From positions 32,001 through 96,000 of the forward strand of contig CAVSLV010000004.1 in NCBI GenBank assembly GCA_963728915.1: 64,000 bases of DNA. Reading direction: 5' to 3'. Positions within the stretch are counted from its first letter, which is position 1. Each line of letters opens with the position of its first letter. Below are positions 1 to 9,478 of the stretch, in pieces. The notes beneath the pieces are model-generated. The model was not told where the DNA came from and did not search any database. It worked only from the letters and a program-made list of their open reading frames with translations. The position numbers were made by a program, and so were the translations under genes. This DNA comes from an uncultured Gemmatimonadales bacterium (lineage in GTDB: Bacteria; Gemmatimonadota; Gemmatimonadetes; Gemmatimonadales; GWC2-71-9).

Positions 1-641
1 AGATCGGGGTTCCGGAACCACTCGCCCGCGTGAGGGGCCCGCTTCCCCTCGATCAGGTAGGTCGCCCGGGCGCCGGGATCCTTCGCCAGCCGCTCGGTTT
101 CGTCGGCCCATTGTCCCGCGATGATCGGGGTGACCGGGAATCCCTCTTCGGCGATCCGGATCGCGGGCGCCAGGGCTTCAGCCAGGGAGATGGTGCCGTA
201 CTTCTCGAGCAGGGCGGCCCATCCGGAGAGCGCGCCGGGAACGGTGATCGGCTCCGGGCCGAACACCGGCATGCGATCATGGCCCCGCTTCACCAGCGCC
301 TCGCGGGTCATCAGGGACCCGGAGCGTCCGCTGCCATTGAGGCCGACGAGCTTGTGCTCCCGGGCGGACCAGAACAGGGCGAACATGTCGCCCCCGATCC
401 CGGTCATGTGCGGCTCGACCACGTTGAGGACCGCGGCCGCGGTCACCGCCGCGTCAATGGCGTTGCCGCCCCGCTGGAGCACGGCGAGCCCCGCCGAAGT
501 GGCGAGGGGCTGACTCGTGGCAATGACTCCGCGGGGAGCGTAGACGGTGGATCGACCGGCCATACTGGGGGCTCTCTGGGCGACGAGGGTGGTGGAGCTT
601 GCGGTCGCGAGGACCAGGAGCAACGGGAGATGCGGTTTCAT
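1..641 (-). CDS. ggt: gamma-glutamyltransferase (3' end outside window)
   Basis: Not in the ORF track (runs off the edge). Manual minus-strand translation from ATG at 641: MKPHLPLLLVLATASSTTLVAQ signal peptide, then ATSQPLATSAGLAVLQRGGNAIDAAVTAAAVLNVVEPHMTGIGGDMF and ITVPGA, typical GGT N-terminal motifs. Confidence 0.9.
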   Translation of the reverse strand, partial: MKPHLPLLLVLATASSTTLVAQRAPSMAGRSTVYAPRGVIATSQPLATSAGLAVLQRGGNAIDAAVTAAAVLNVVEPHMTGIGGDMFALFWSAREHKLVGLNGSGRSGSLMTREALVKRGHDRMPVFGPEPITVPGALSGWAALLEKYGTISLAEALAPAIRIAEEGFPVTPIIAGQWADETERLAKDPGARATYLIEGKRAPHAGEWFRNPD

Positions 642-754
642 TCCGAGAAGATCGCCCTTCCTATGTGGGGACGCCAGCGGTAACCTCCCGAAGTGCCCGG
701 ACGCCGGCGGAACCATCCGGCGAATCCGGATCCCCTGAGCTGGAGGTACTGAGA

Positions 755-2137
755 GTGGCCACGCGACTGTACCCTCTCGCCATGCTGGCCATGCTGCCGA
801 CTCTGGCCATCCACTCCGCGCTCGCCCAGGCGCCGAGCGACAGCACGCTCCAGGCGATCCTCACCCGGAGGGCGGCGAGCTGGAAAGGCCCCGGCATCGT
901 GGTGGGGGTGAGCGAGCACGGCCAGCGCCGCTACGTGGCGTACGGGAACCGGGCGGCGGGCGGTCTCCCGCTCGATGAGCGGACCGAATTCGAGATCGGG
1001 TCGATCACCAAGGTGTATACCAGTCTGCTGCTCGCCAACGAAGTGACGCGCGGGGAGGTTCGTCTCGAGCAGCCGATCGGCTCTCTCCTGCCGCCCGGGG
1101 TGCGGGCGCCGGAGCACGATGGGAAGCCGATCACTCTGCTTGACCTCTCGACTCACCGATCCGGGCTTCCCCGGATGCCGGACAATTTCAGCCCGGCCGA
1201 CGCCGAGAATCCCTACGCCGATTACGGCACCGATCGACTCTACGCCTTTCTGTCGGGCTATTCGCTGACCCGGGATCCTGGCGCCCAGTACGAGTACTCG
1301 AACTTCGGGGCGGGGCTGCTTGGGACCCTGCTGGCGCGGAAGGCCGGGCTGAGCTATCCGGACGCCCTAACCCGCCGTATTCTTGAGCCCCTGGGTCTCC
1401 CGGAGACCCGGACCCGGCTCGGCCCGGAGCAGGCCGCCCGCCTGGCCACCGGGCACACCGAAGCCCTTGCGCCCACCCACGGATGGGATTTCGAGGCGCT
1501 GGGGCCCGCCGGCGCGCTCCGTTCCACCGCGCGGGACATGCTGCACTTTCTCGAGGAGAACCTGGCCCCCGACCAGTCCCCGCTGGCGCGGGAGCTTCGG
1601 CTCGCCTCGGAACCCCGGCGGGAGACCACGATCCCCAACACCCGGATCGGCCTGGGCTGGCATTTCCTGGAGCGAAACGGACGCTCGATCGTCTGGCACA
1701 ACGGCGGGACCGGCGGGTTCCATTCCTTCATCGGGTTCGAGCGCGATTCGGGACGGGCGGTGGTGGTGCTCGCGAATGCGTCGCGGGACATCGACGACAT
1801 CGGGATGCACGTGCTGGATCCGTCGATTCCGCTGCGGGAGCCGCAGCCGGTCTCCGCCCATACCGAGATCACCGTCGATCCGGCGACCCTCGACCGGTTC
1901 GTGGGAGAGTATCAGCTTGCCCCGACGTTCTCGATCACCATCACCAGGGAGAACGGCGGGCTCTGGGCCCAGGCCACCGGGCAACAGAAACTCCCGATCT
2001 TTCCGGAAGCGCCGGAGCGATTCTTCTACAAGGTGGTGGACGCCCAGCTCGTGTTCAGCCTGGATCCGAGCGGCAAGGTCACCGGGCTCACCCTGCATCA
2101 GAACGGCAACGCGGTCCCGGGCGCCAAGATCCGATAG
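755..2137 (+). CDS. serine hydrolase, beta-lactamase class C-like, with C-terminal DUF3471-like domain
   Basis: SxxK (FEIGSITK), YSN and HNGGTGG motifs; signal peptide; GGAGGT SD 7 nt before GTG at 755. Confidence 0.88.
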   Translation: MATRLYPLAMLAMLPTLAIHSALAQAPSDSTLQAILTRRAASWKGPGIVVGVSEHGQRRYVAYGNRAAGGLPLDERTEFEIGSITKVYTSLLLANEVTRGEVRLEQPIGSLLPPGVRAPEHDGKPITLLDLSTHRSGLPRMPDNFSPADAENPYADYGTDRLYAFLSGYSLTRDPGAQYEYSNFGAGLLGTLLARKAGLSYPDALTRRILEPLGLPETRTRLGPEQAARLATGHTEALAPTHGWDFEALGPAGALRSTARDMLHFLEENLAPDQSPLARELRLASEPRRETTIPNTRIGLGWHFLERNGRSIVWHNGGTGGFHSFIGFERDSGRAVVVLANASRDIDDIGMHVLDPSIPLREPQPVSAHTEITVDPATLDRFVGEYQLAPTFSITITRENGGLWAQATGQQKLPIFPEAPERFFYKVVDAQLVFSLDPSGKVTGLTLHQNGNAVPGAKIR

Positions 2138-2201
2138 CGCCCGCTGGCGGGATTTCCGGGGGCACCGTAGCTTGGGGCTCTCTTCTTCAGGCCATTCCGA
2201 T

Positions 2202-4130
2202 ATGCGCTTCCCGTCCCGCCTGGGGGCCGCCTCCCTGGCAGCTCTTCTGGTCGCTGCCTGCGGTTCCGGCTCTTCCTCCTCGGCGGTTCTACCGAACGAC
2301 AACACCCACCCGGCGGGAACCCTGCATAACGGTGTCCTCACGATCGCACTGGAAACCCGCCAGGGCGACTGGCAGCCGGAAGGGCTCGGGGGACGGAAGC
2401 TGGACAGCGTGGCGGCGTTCGCCGAAGTGGGCCAGCCGATGTCCACGCCCGGCCCGCTGCTCCGGGTTCCGGTGGGGACCCGGATCACCGGCACCCTGCA
2501 TAACACGCTTTCCCGGGCGCTGACCATCTTCGGCCTGGGCCAGAGCCGGGGCATGGCGGACAGCATGGTGGTGGCGCCCGGCGCGACCGCGCCGATCGAC
2601 TTCGTCGCCAACGCTCCGGGCACCTACTACTACGCGGCCCGGAGCCGCCTGGACGAGTTCGGGTTCCGGCTCGCCGAAGACAGCCAGCTGGGCGGGGCGA
2701 TCGTGGTGGACGGAGCCAGCCCGGCGCCCGATCGGGTCTTCGTGATCAGCTGGTATTTCACCATCGATCCCAAGGGCCCCACCGGCCTGGGCCATGGGAC
2801 CATGACGATCAACGGACTGTCGTGGCCCCATACCGAGCGGTTGACCTACGCCCAGGGCGACTCGATCCACTGGCGGGTCGTGAACCTCACCGAGGCGGAT
2901 CACCCGATGCACCTCCATGGGTTCTATTTCCGGATGGAAGCCCACGGGACCGGCACGGTGGACACCCTCTATCCGGCGGCCGATCGTCGCATGGCGGTCA
3001 CCGAGATCATGCAGCCGTTTCAGACCGCCCAGCTGTCCTGGTTCGCGGATCGCCCCGGCAACTGGATCTATCACTGTCACTACGCCACCCATTTGTCGGA
3101 GCTGGTCGCGCTGGACACCGAAGAAGGCGTGATGGACAGCAGCCAAATGGCCCATCACGGCTCCGATCGTCCCCACCAGATGTTCGGGCTCGTGCTGGGG
3201 ATTTCCATCGCCCCGAAGGGCGTCCAGGCCACCGCGCCGCCGCCGGACCGGATCATCCGGCTGGTCCAGCGCGAAAAGCCGGGTGTGTACGGACAACAGG
3301 CCGGCATGGCCTACGTGATCGACGGCACGCCGGCCGCAACCGATCCGAACGCGCTTCCGGTTCCCGGTCCCGCCCTGATCCTGGAGCGGGGCAAACGGGT
3401 CCAGGTCAACATTGTCAATCAATCCGCCGAGCACGCCGCGGTGCACTGGCATGGGGTCGAGCTGGAGAGCTACCCCGACGGCGTCCCGGGCTGGAGCGGC
3501 TCCAGTGGAAACATCCTCCCCTCGATCAACCCGGGGGATTCCCTCACGGTCGCCTGGACTCCGCCCCGCGCCGGATCGTTCATGTATCACACCCATTTTT
3601 CCGAGGCGAGGCAGACCGGCTCCGGACTCTACGGACCGATCATCGTGCTGCCGCCGGGAGAGAAATACGATCCGGAAACCGATCGGGTGCTGTTCTTCGG
3701 GACGGCAGGCACGGGGAGAAATGTGCTGGTTGGACCGTTTCCCAACTACATGATGAACGGGAGCACCGCGCCTCCCCCGATGGAGCTCAAGGCGGGCACC
3801 CGCTACCGGTTCCGGCTGTTCAACCTGGCGGGAGATTTCCCGACGCTCGTGTCCCTGAACCAGGGCGCCAAGCCGGTGATGTGGCGGGCGGTCGCCAAGG
3901 ACGGCTATCCGCTTCCCGACAACCAGGCGACTTCGCGGCCGGCGGTGCTGCTGTTCGATCCCGGTGAGATCTACGACTTCGAGTTCACACCGACCAGGAA
4001 AGGCGAGCTGACGCTGTCCTTCGGGCTGCCACCGTTTCCGCCGCCGCCGCCGCCACCCCCCGGCGCGCCCGCTCCGCCTCCCCCTCCACCGCTCCCTCCG
4101 ACCGTGGCGGTGCCGGTGCACGTGCGCTGA
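2202..4130 (+). CDS. multicopper oxidase lipoprotein, four cupredoxin domains, Pro-rich C-tail
   Basis: Lipobox LVAAC; HPMHLHG, WIYHCHYATH, VHWHG and MYHTH copper motifs; start reassigned to ATG 2202 (same frame as ORF 1383..4130). Confidence 0.88.
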   Translation: MRFPSRLGAASLAALLVAACGSGSSSSAVLPNDNTHPAGTLHNGVLTIALETRQGDWQPEGLGGRKLDSVAAFAEVGQPMSTPGPLLRVPVGTRITGTLHNTLSRALTIFGLGQSRGMADSMVVAPGATAPIDFVANAPGTYYYAARSRLDEFGFRLAEDSQLGGAIVVDGASPAPDRVFVISWYFTIDPKGPTGLGHGTMTINGLSWPHTERLTYAQGDSIHWRVVNLTEADHPMHLHGFYFRMEAHGTGTVDTLYPAADRRMAVTEIMQPFQTAQLSWFADRPGNWIYHCHYATHLSELVALDTEEGVMDSSQMAHHGSDRPHQMFGLVLGISIAPKGVQATAPPPDRIIRLVQREKPGVYGQQAGMAYVIDGTPAATDPNALPVPGPALILERGKRVQVNIVNQSAEHAAVHWHGVELESYPDGVPGWSGSSGNILPSINPGDSLTVAWTPPRAGSFMYHTHFSEARQTGSGLYGPIIVLPPGEKYDPETDRVLFFGTAGTGRNVLVGPFPNYMMNGSTAPPPMELKAGTRYRFRLFNLAGDFPTLVSLNQGAKPVMWRAVAKDGYPLPDNQATSRPAVLLFDPGEIYDFEFTPTRKGELTLSFGLPPFPPPPPPPPGAPAPPPPPPLPPTVAVPVHVR

Positions 4131-4147
4131 GCGGCGACTCCCGGTCG

Positions 4148-4546
4148 TCAGCGGTGGCGCAGGGTGACCAGAATCGCTCCGCCGCTGTGGGTAATGCCGT
4201 ATTGATCCTGCGCCCGGCTCGGCTCGAGATAGCGAATCTCCTCGACCTCTTCGGGCTTGATGGTCTTGAGTTCATCGAGCCCGGAGCGGTGGGAGTCATT
4301 GACGTAGAGCTGCACCGGGGCCGGCGGTCCGTTGACCATCGAGCGTACCCCTCGGGGCCCTCTGAAGAACTGGGGGCGCAGAACCCGGATGATCTGGATG
4401 AGGTCCAGGTCTTTCATGGCCGGCGCCATGATTTCCTCCTTGGTCAGCACATCGCGCTTCTGGGTCTGCGCCCCGAGTCTTGAAGCGGTCCCGCCCGCCA
4501 GGCCCCCCGCCAGGATCAGGAGGGCGCCGAGTCTCATGGTCCTCAT
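4148..4546 (-). CDS. secreted small protein resembling a standalone TonB-receptor plug domain
   Basis: Signal peptide; DVLTKEEI...LKTIKPEEVEEIRYL...YG...GGAILVTL resembles the plug-domain pattern; no beta-barrel. Confidence 0.6.
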   Translation of the reverse strand: MRTMRLGALLILAGGLAGGTASRLGAQTQKRDVLTKEEIMAPAMKDLDLIQIIRVLRPQFFRGPRGVRSMVNGPPAPVQLYVNDSHRSGLDELKTIKPEEVEEIRYLEPSRAQDQYGITHSGGAILVTLRHR

Positions 4547-4685
4547 CGTCTTCTTTTCTCCCGCTGCGATGTTCCAAGGGAGCCGTGACCACGGCGTCAC
4601 CCTTCCGATGGAGATATGATGAGCGGCGGCCCGAAACGGTTGCCCGCCGGTTGACCATTCCTCCCAATCCGGCCACCGTTCTGCC

Positions 4686-5849
4686 ATGACCACCGCTCGC
4701 CGCACCCACAGTTTCAGCGAATCCGTGATCCGGGGCATGACCCGGCTCGCCACCGAGCACGGCGCCATCAACCTGGCCCAGGGATTCCCGGATTTTCCGG
4801 CGCCCACCGTGCTCAAGGAGGCCGCGGCGGCGGCGATCCGGGCGGACCAGAACCAGTACGCGATTACCTGGGGGGCCAAGCGGCTCCGGGATGCCATCGC
4901 GCGGAAATACGCCGAGTGGTACGCCATGGAAGTCAATCCGGAGACCGAGCTCACGGTCACCTGCGGCGCGACGGAAGCGATGGCGGCGGTGCTGCTGGCC
5001 CTGGTCGATCCGGGCGATGAGGTCGTGGTGTTCGAGCCGTTCTACGAGAACTACGGCCCCGACGCGATCCTGTGCGACGCCAAGCCGGTGTTCGTGCCGC
5101 TTCTGCCGGGACAGCCGCTCGACCTGGACCGGCTCGGGGCGGCCTGCTCCAGCCGGACCCGGGCCATCGTGATCAACACGCCGGGCAATCCTTCGGGTCG
5201 CGTCCTAACCCGCGACGAGCTGGCCGGGATCGCCGCGCTGTGCCGGGAGCACGACGCCTGGGCGATCACCGACGAGATCTACGAGCACATCCTCTATGCC
5301 GGCGAGCACCTCCCCATCGCCACGCTGCCGGGGATGCGGGAGCGCACCATCACCATCTCGGGCGCGTCCAAGACCTTCAGCATCACCGGCTGGCGGATCG
5401 GCACCATCGTCGCCCCGGCGGCGATCACCGGCGCGATCCGCAAGGTGCACGACTTCCTGACCGTCGGCGCCCCGGCCCCGCTTCAGGAAGGGCTTGCGGT
5501 CACCATGGAGACGCTGGGCCCGGAGTTTTACCGGGGTCTCGCCGGGGAATACCGGGAACGTCGCGATGTGATCATGGAGGCGCTCACCGCGGCCGGCTTC
5601 CGCGCGGTGGCTCCCGAAGGGGCCTACTACGTGCTGGCCGATTTCTCCGATCTGTCCGACCTTCCCGCGCCGGAATTTGCCCGCTGGCTCACTATCGAGG
5701 GCGGGATCGCCACGGTTCCCGGCACCAGCTTCTTCAGTCGCCCCGAGGACGGGGTTCGGTTCACCCGGTTCGCCTTCTGCAAGACACTCGATCTCCTTCG
5801 CGCCGCGTCCCGCCGCCTCGCCGCTCTCCCTGAGCCCCAAGTGGGCTGA
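4686..5849 (+). CDS. PLP-dependent aminotransferase class I/II (YbdL/methionine aminotransferase-like)
   Basis: INLAQGFPDF, NTPGNPSG, ITDEIYEH, SGASKTFSITGWRIG. Confidence 0.92.
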   Translation: MTTARRTHSFSESVIRGMTRLATEHGAINLAQGFPDFPAPTVLKEAAAAAIRADQNQYAITWGAKRLRDAIARKYAEWYAMEVNPETELTVTCGATEAMAAVLLALVDPGDEVVVFEPFYENYGPDAILCDAKPVFVPLLPGQPLDLDRLGAACSSRTRAIVINTPGNPSGRVLTRDELAGIAALCREHDAWAITDEIYEHILYAGEHLPIATLPGMRERTITISGASKTFSITGWRIGTIVAPAAITGAIRKVHDFLTVGAPAPLQEGLAVTMETLGPEFYRGLAGEYRERRDVIMEALTAAGFRAVAPEGAYYVLADFSDLSDLPAPEFARWLTIEGGIATVPGTSFFSRPEDGVRFTRFAFCKTLDLLRAASRRLAALPEPQVG

Positions 5850-5908
5850 GCCGCGGCGTCCGCGGGAACTTCTCCGGATGCCCCGGCCGGGCTAATGTTC
5901 CCGCCCCG

Positions 5909-7942
5909 ATGAATCAGCCTCCCGTGGCCCCCCGCCGGCCCCACATCACCGAGGTCCACGGCGACAGCCGGGTGGACCAGTACTTCTGGATGCGGGACCG
6001 GTCCGACCCCGCGGTGCTCGAGTACCTCGCCGCCGAAAACGCGTATGCGGATGACCTGCTCGCGCCGCTCAAGCCGCTCCAGGAAACCCTCTACAGGGAG
6101 ATGCTCGGCAGAATCAAGGAGACCGACGTGTCGGTGCCGTACCGGGAGAGGAACTTCTGGTACTACGCCCGCACCGAGGAGGGGCTGCAGTATCCCATCT
6201 ATTGCCGGAAGCCCGCCCAGGCGGACGCCGCCGAGCGGGTGATTCTCGATCTGAACCACCTCGCCGAAGGGCATCCGTTCCTGGGACTGGGCGCCTTCGA
6301 TGTGAGCGACGACGGCCGGCTGCTCGCTTACTCGACCGACCTCACCGGGTTTCGGGAATACACCCTGGTGGTCCAGGACCTGGAAACCGGGGCGATCGTC
6401 GCGGGACCGTTCGGGAAAACCGGCTCGGTGGCCTGGGCTGCCGACAATCGCACCGTGTTCTATGCGGTCGAGGATCACGCGAAGCGGTTTCATCAGATCT
6501 GGCGCTACCAGCTCGGGAGTCCGACCCAACCGGCGCTGGTCTATGAAGAGCCCGACGAGCGATTCCGGGTGCACGTCTCGAGAACCCGGAGCCTCCGGCA
6601 CGTGATCATCTCGAGCGAGAGCCACACTACGTCCGAGATCCGGTTCCTTCCCGCCGACACCCCGAGCGGCTCGCCTGGGATCCTGGTGCCCCGCGTCCAG
6701 GACCGCGAGGTGGAGGCGGATCATCTGGGAGATGGCTGGCTCCTTCGAGTCAATGACCGCGGGCCGAATTTCCGGGTGGTCAGGGTGACGGAGGGTCAGA
6801 GTGGTCAGACGGAATGGACGGAGATCCTTCCTCACCGGGACGATGTGATGGTGGAGTCGGTGGAAGCGTTCCAGGGTTACTGGGTGGCCTGGGAGCGCTC
6901 CGCGGGACTGGTGCAGGTTCGGGTCACCGATCGAGGGAGTGGAGCCTCCCGCTACGTCCCCTTCGACGAGCCGGTCTATGAAGCGAGCCCGGGACCCAAC
7001 GCCGAGTGGGACGCGTCGGCGCTCCGCTTCGACTACGAATCGCCGATCACTCCGCCGTCGGTGTACGACTACGACATGGCGGGTGGGGTGAAGATCCTGC
7101 TCAAACAGCGGGAGATCCCCGGTGGGTTCGATCCCTCCAAGTACCGCTGCGAGCGGCGCGCCATCCCCGCGCCGGACGGAACCGCCATCCCGGTCTCGAT
7201 CATCCTGCGACGGACTCCCGAGGTTCCGTTTCCGGCGCCGATGCTGCTGACCGGCTACGGCGCGTATCGGATTTCCTATCCGGTGAGCTTCTCGTCCAAC
7301 CGGATCTCCCTGCTGGACCGCGGGGTCGTCATTGCGATCGCTCACGTGCGGGGTGGTGGCGAGCTGGGCAAGAAGTGGCACGATGCGGGACGGATGGCGC
7401 GGAAGCAGAACAGCTTCAGCGACCTGGTGGCGGTCGCCGAGGCGCTGATACGTGACGGGATGACCGAATCGCGAAAGCTGGCGATCGAGGGGGGCAGTGC
7501 CGGCGGGCTCCTGGTGACCGCGGCGCTGAATCAGCGCCCCGACCTGTTCGGAGCGGTCGTGGCGCAGGTGCCGTTCGTCGATGTCATCAACACCATGCTC
7601 GACCCCTCGCTCCCGCTCACGGTCGGCGAGTACGAGGAATGGGGAAACCCCGCGCTCCCGGAACAGTATCGCTGGCTCCGCGCCTACTGTCCCTACACCA
7701 ATCTGACCATGCGGTCCTACCCGCCGATGCTGGTCCGCACCTCGCTCAATGACAGCCAGGTGATGTTCTGGGAGCCGGCCAAGTACGTCGCGAAGCTCCG
7801 GTCGCTCAAGACCGACGCCAACCCGCTCCTCCTGCTCACCAACATGGGAGCGGGGCACAGCGGGGCGTCCGGGCGCTACGATCGATTGCGGGAGGTCGCG
7901 ATGGACTATGCGGTGATGCTGGATTGGCTGGGAGCGGAGTGA
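5909..7942 (+). CDS. ptrB: oligopeptidase B (S9A)
   Basis: HGDSRVDQYFWMR N-terminus, GYGAY, GGSAGGLL nucleophile motif, LTVGEYEEWGNP, GAGHSGASGR. Confidence 0.92.
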   Translation: MNQPPVAPRRPHITEVHGDSRVDQYFWMRDRSDPAVLEYLAAENAYADDLLAPLKPLQETLYREMLGRIKETDVSVPYRERNFWYYARTEEGLQYPIYCRKPAQADAAERVILDLNHLAEGHPFLGLGAFDVSDDGRLLAYSTDLTGFREYTLVVQDLETGAIVAGPFGKTGSVAWAADNRTVFYAVEDHAKRFHQIWRYQLGSPTQPALVYEEPDERFRVHVSRTRSLRHVIISSESHTTSEIRFLPADTPSGSPGILVPRVQDREVEADHLGDGWLLRVNDRGPNFRVVRVTEGQSGQTEWTEILPHRDDVMVESVEAFQGYWVAWERSAGLVQVRVTDRGSGASRYVPFDEPVYEASPGPNAEWDASALRFDYESPITPPSVYDYDMAGGVKILLKQREIPGGFDPSKYRCERRAIPAPDGTAIPVSIILRRTPEVPFPAPMLLTGYGAYRISYPVSFSSNRISLLDRGVVIAIAHVRGGGELGKKWHDAGRMARKQNSFSDLVAVAEALIRDGMTESRKLAIEGGSAGGLLVTAALNQRPDLFGAVVAQVPFVDVINTMLDPSLPLTVGEYEEWGNPALPEQYRWLRAYCPYTNLTMRSYPPMLVRTSLNDSQVMFWEPAKYVAKLRSLKTDANPLLLLTNMGAGHSGASGRYDRLREVAMDYAVMLDWLGAE

Positions 7943-7944
7943 GG

Positions 7945-7979
7945 GAGGTGCGAGGTGTGAGGTCTGGGGTGTGAGGTGC
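7945..7979 (+). repeat. five degenerate tandem 7-bp units (GAGGTGY-like)
   Basis: GAGGTGC GAGGTGT GAGGTCT GGGGTGT GAGGTGC fills the ptrB-amidase gap. Confidence 0.85.
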
Positions 7980-9478
7980 TGACTGACTCGGAGTATCTCC
8001 GCCACGACGCCACCGCCCTGGCCGACCTGGTGCGGCGAGGGGACGTTACCAGCCGGGAGCTGATCGAGACCGCGATCGCCCGGATCGAGCGGCTCAATCC
8101 CGCGGTGAACGCGGTGATCCATCGGATGGACTCGTCGGCCCTGGAGCAGGCTCGGGCGCCGAGCGAGGGGCCTTTCGGTGGAGTGCCTCTCCTGCTCAAA
8201 GACCTCATGCTCATGGTCCAGGGCGAGCCGTTTCGCTGCGGCAGCGCCTTCCTGCGGGAGTACCGTCCCGCGGTCGACAGCGAGCTGATCACCCGGTACC
8301 GGCGGGCCGGCTTCATCTTCCTCGGCAAGACCAACACCCCGGAATTCGGGCTGACTCCATTCACCGAGCCGGCCGCGTTCGGCCCCACCGTGAACCCCTG
8401 GGATACCAGCCGCACCGCGGGCGGTTCGAGCGGAGGATCCGCGGCGGCGGTCGCCTGCGGGATGGTGCCGGTCGCCAGCGGGGGCGATGGCGGAGGATCG
8501 ATCCGGATTCCCGCTTCCTGCTGCGGCCTGTTCGGGCTCAAGCCTACCCGGGGAAGAACCCCGGTCGGCCCCAACATCGGGGAGGCCTGGCGGGGGGCCG
8601 TGGTGGACCACGTGATCAGCCGCTCGGTGCGTGACAGCGCCTCGGTCCTCGACGCAACCGCGGGACCGGATTCGGGGGCGCCGTACTTTGCCGCCCCCGC
8701 CGAAAACGCCTGGAGCGACGACCTGGGGCGGAACCCGGGACGGCTTCGGATTGCCTTCACCGGTCTGCCCTGGCTGGGGAACGAAGTGCACCCGGATTGC
8801 GCCGCGGCGCTCTCGGAGACCGCGAGGCTGCTCGAAAGTCTCGGGCACGTGGTGGAGGAGGCTTCCCCCGAGTTCGATGGCGAGGGGTTCGCCCGCGCTT
8901 TCCTGGCGATGATCGTGGTGGAGCTTCGAACCGATCTGGTGGAGCTCGAAGTGCTCCTGGGCCGGAAAGGCAGAGTCTCGGAATTCGAGGCGCCCACCTG
9001 GGCCCTGAGCCTCCTGGGCAGCGCGATGCCCGCCGTCGAGTACGCCCGGGCGGTTCGCCTGCTCCAGCGGGTTTCCCGTGAGGTGGCGCGGTTCTTCGAG
9101 ACCTGGGATGTGCTGCTCACCCCGACCGCCGCTACTCCGCCGTTTCGGACCGGGGCGCTCCAGCCCACCTCGCGAGAACGGGTCCTGCTCGAAGTGCTGG
9201 GCCGGCTCGGATTCGGGGAGCCGTTCCGATGGGCGGGGGCGCTCGATCAGATGGCGGAGAAGGTGTTCGACTGGATTCCCTGGACCCCGCTCGCCAACGC
9301 GACCGGGCAACCGGCCATGTCGGTGCCGCTCTGCTGGAATGCCGGCGGGCTGCCGATCGGGATGCATTTCATGGGGCGCTATGGAGACGAGGCCACCCTG
9401 TTCCGCCTGGCGGCCCAGCTCGAGCAGGCCCGCCCCTGGTTCGACCACCTGCCGGCGATGACCCTCAGTCCCCTATAA
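7976..9478 (+). CDS. amidase signature family protein
   Basis: GVPLLLKD, GKTNTPEFG, GGSSGGSAAAVA, GDGGGSIRIPAS (Lys-cisSer-Ser triad). Confidence 0.93.
   Translation: MLTDSEYLRHDATALADLVRRGDVTSRELIETAIARIERLNPAVNAVIHRMDSSALEQARAPSEGPFGGVPLLLKDLMLMVQGEPFRCGSAFLREYRPAVDSELITRYRRAGFIFLGKTNTPEFGLTPFTEPAAFGPTVNPWDTSRTAGGSSGGSAAAVACGMVPVASGGDGGGSIRIPASCCGLFGLKPTRGRTPVGPNIGEAWRGAVVDHVISRSVRDSASVLDATAGPDSGAPYFAAPAENAWSDDLGRNPGRLRIAFTGLPWLGNEVHPDCAAALSETARLLESLGHVVEEASPEFDGEGFARAFLAMIVVELRTDLVELEVLLGRKGRVSEFEAPTWALSLLGSAMPAVEYARAVRLLQRVSREVARFFETWDVLLTPTAATPPFRTGALQPTSRERVLLEVLGRLGFGEPFRWAGALDQMAEKVFDWIPWTPLANATGQPAMSVPLCWNAGGLPIGMHFMGRYGDEATLFRLAAQLEQARPWFDHLPAMTLSPL

Noticed and set aside
755..2137. 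Antibiotic-resistance beta-lactamase
   Set aside because: SxxK/YxN/HxG plus a DUF3471-like tail fits the broad peptidase/esterase group; resistance cannot be inferred
1383..2201. N-terminal extension of the 915-aa ORF, suggesting a fusion to the MCO
   Set aside because: Overlaps the serine hydrolase in another frame; the lipoprotein signal begins at 2202. The same applies to extensions of ORFs 18203..20395, 21258..23063, 28363..31614, 32511..33974, 35435..37570 and 40807..42108
5627..9448. 1273-aa minus-strand ORF (also 12470..14908, 26801..28852, 47735..50401, 53256..54650 and similar)
   Set aside because: Antisense shadows of well-supported genes; stop codons are scarce in high-GC DNA and these ORFs show no recognisable motifs
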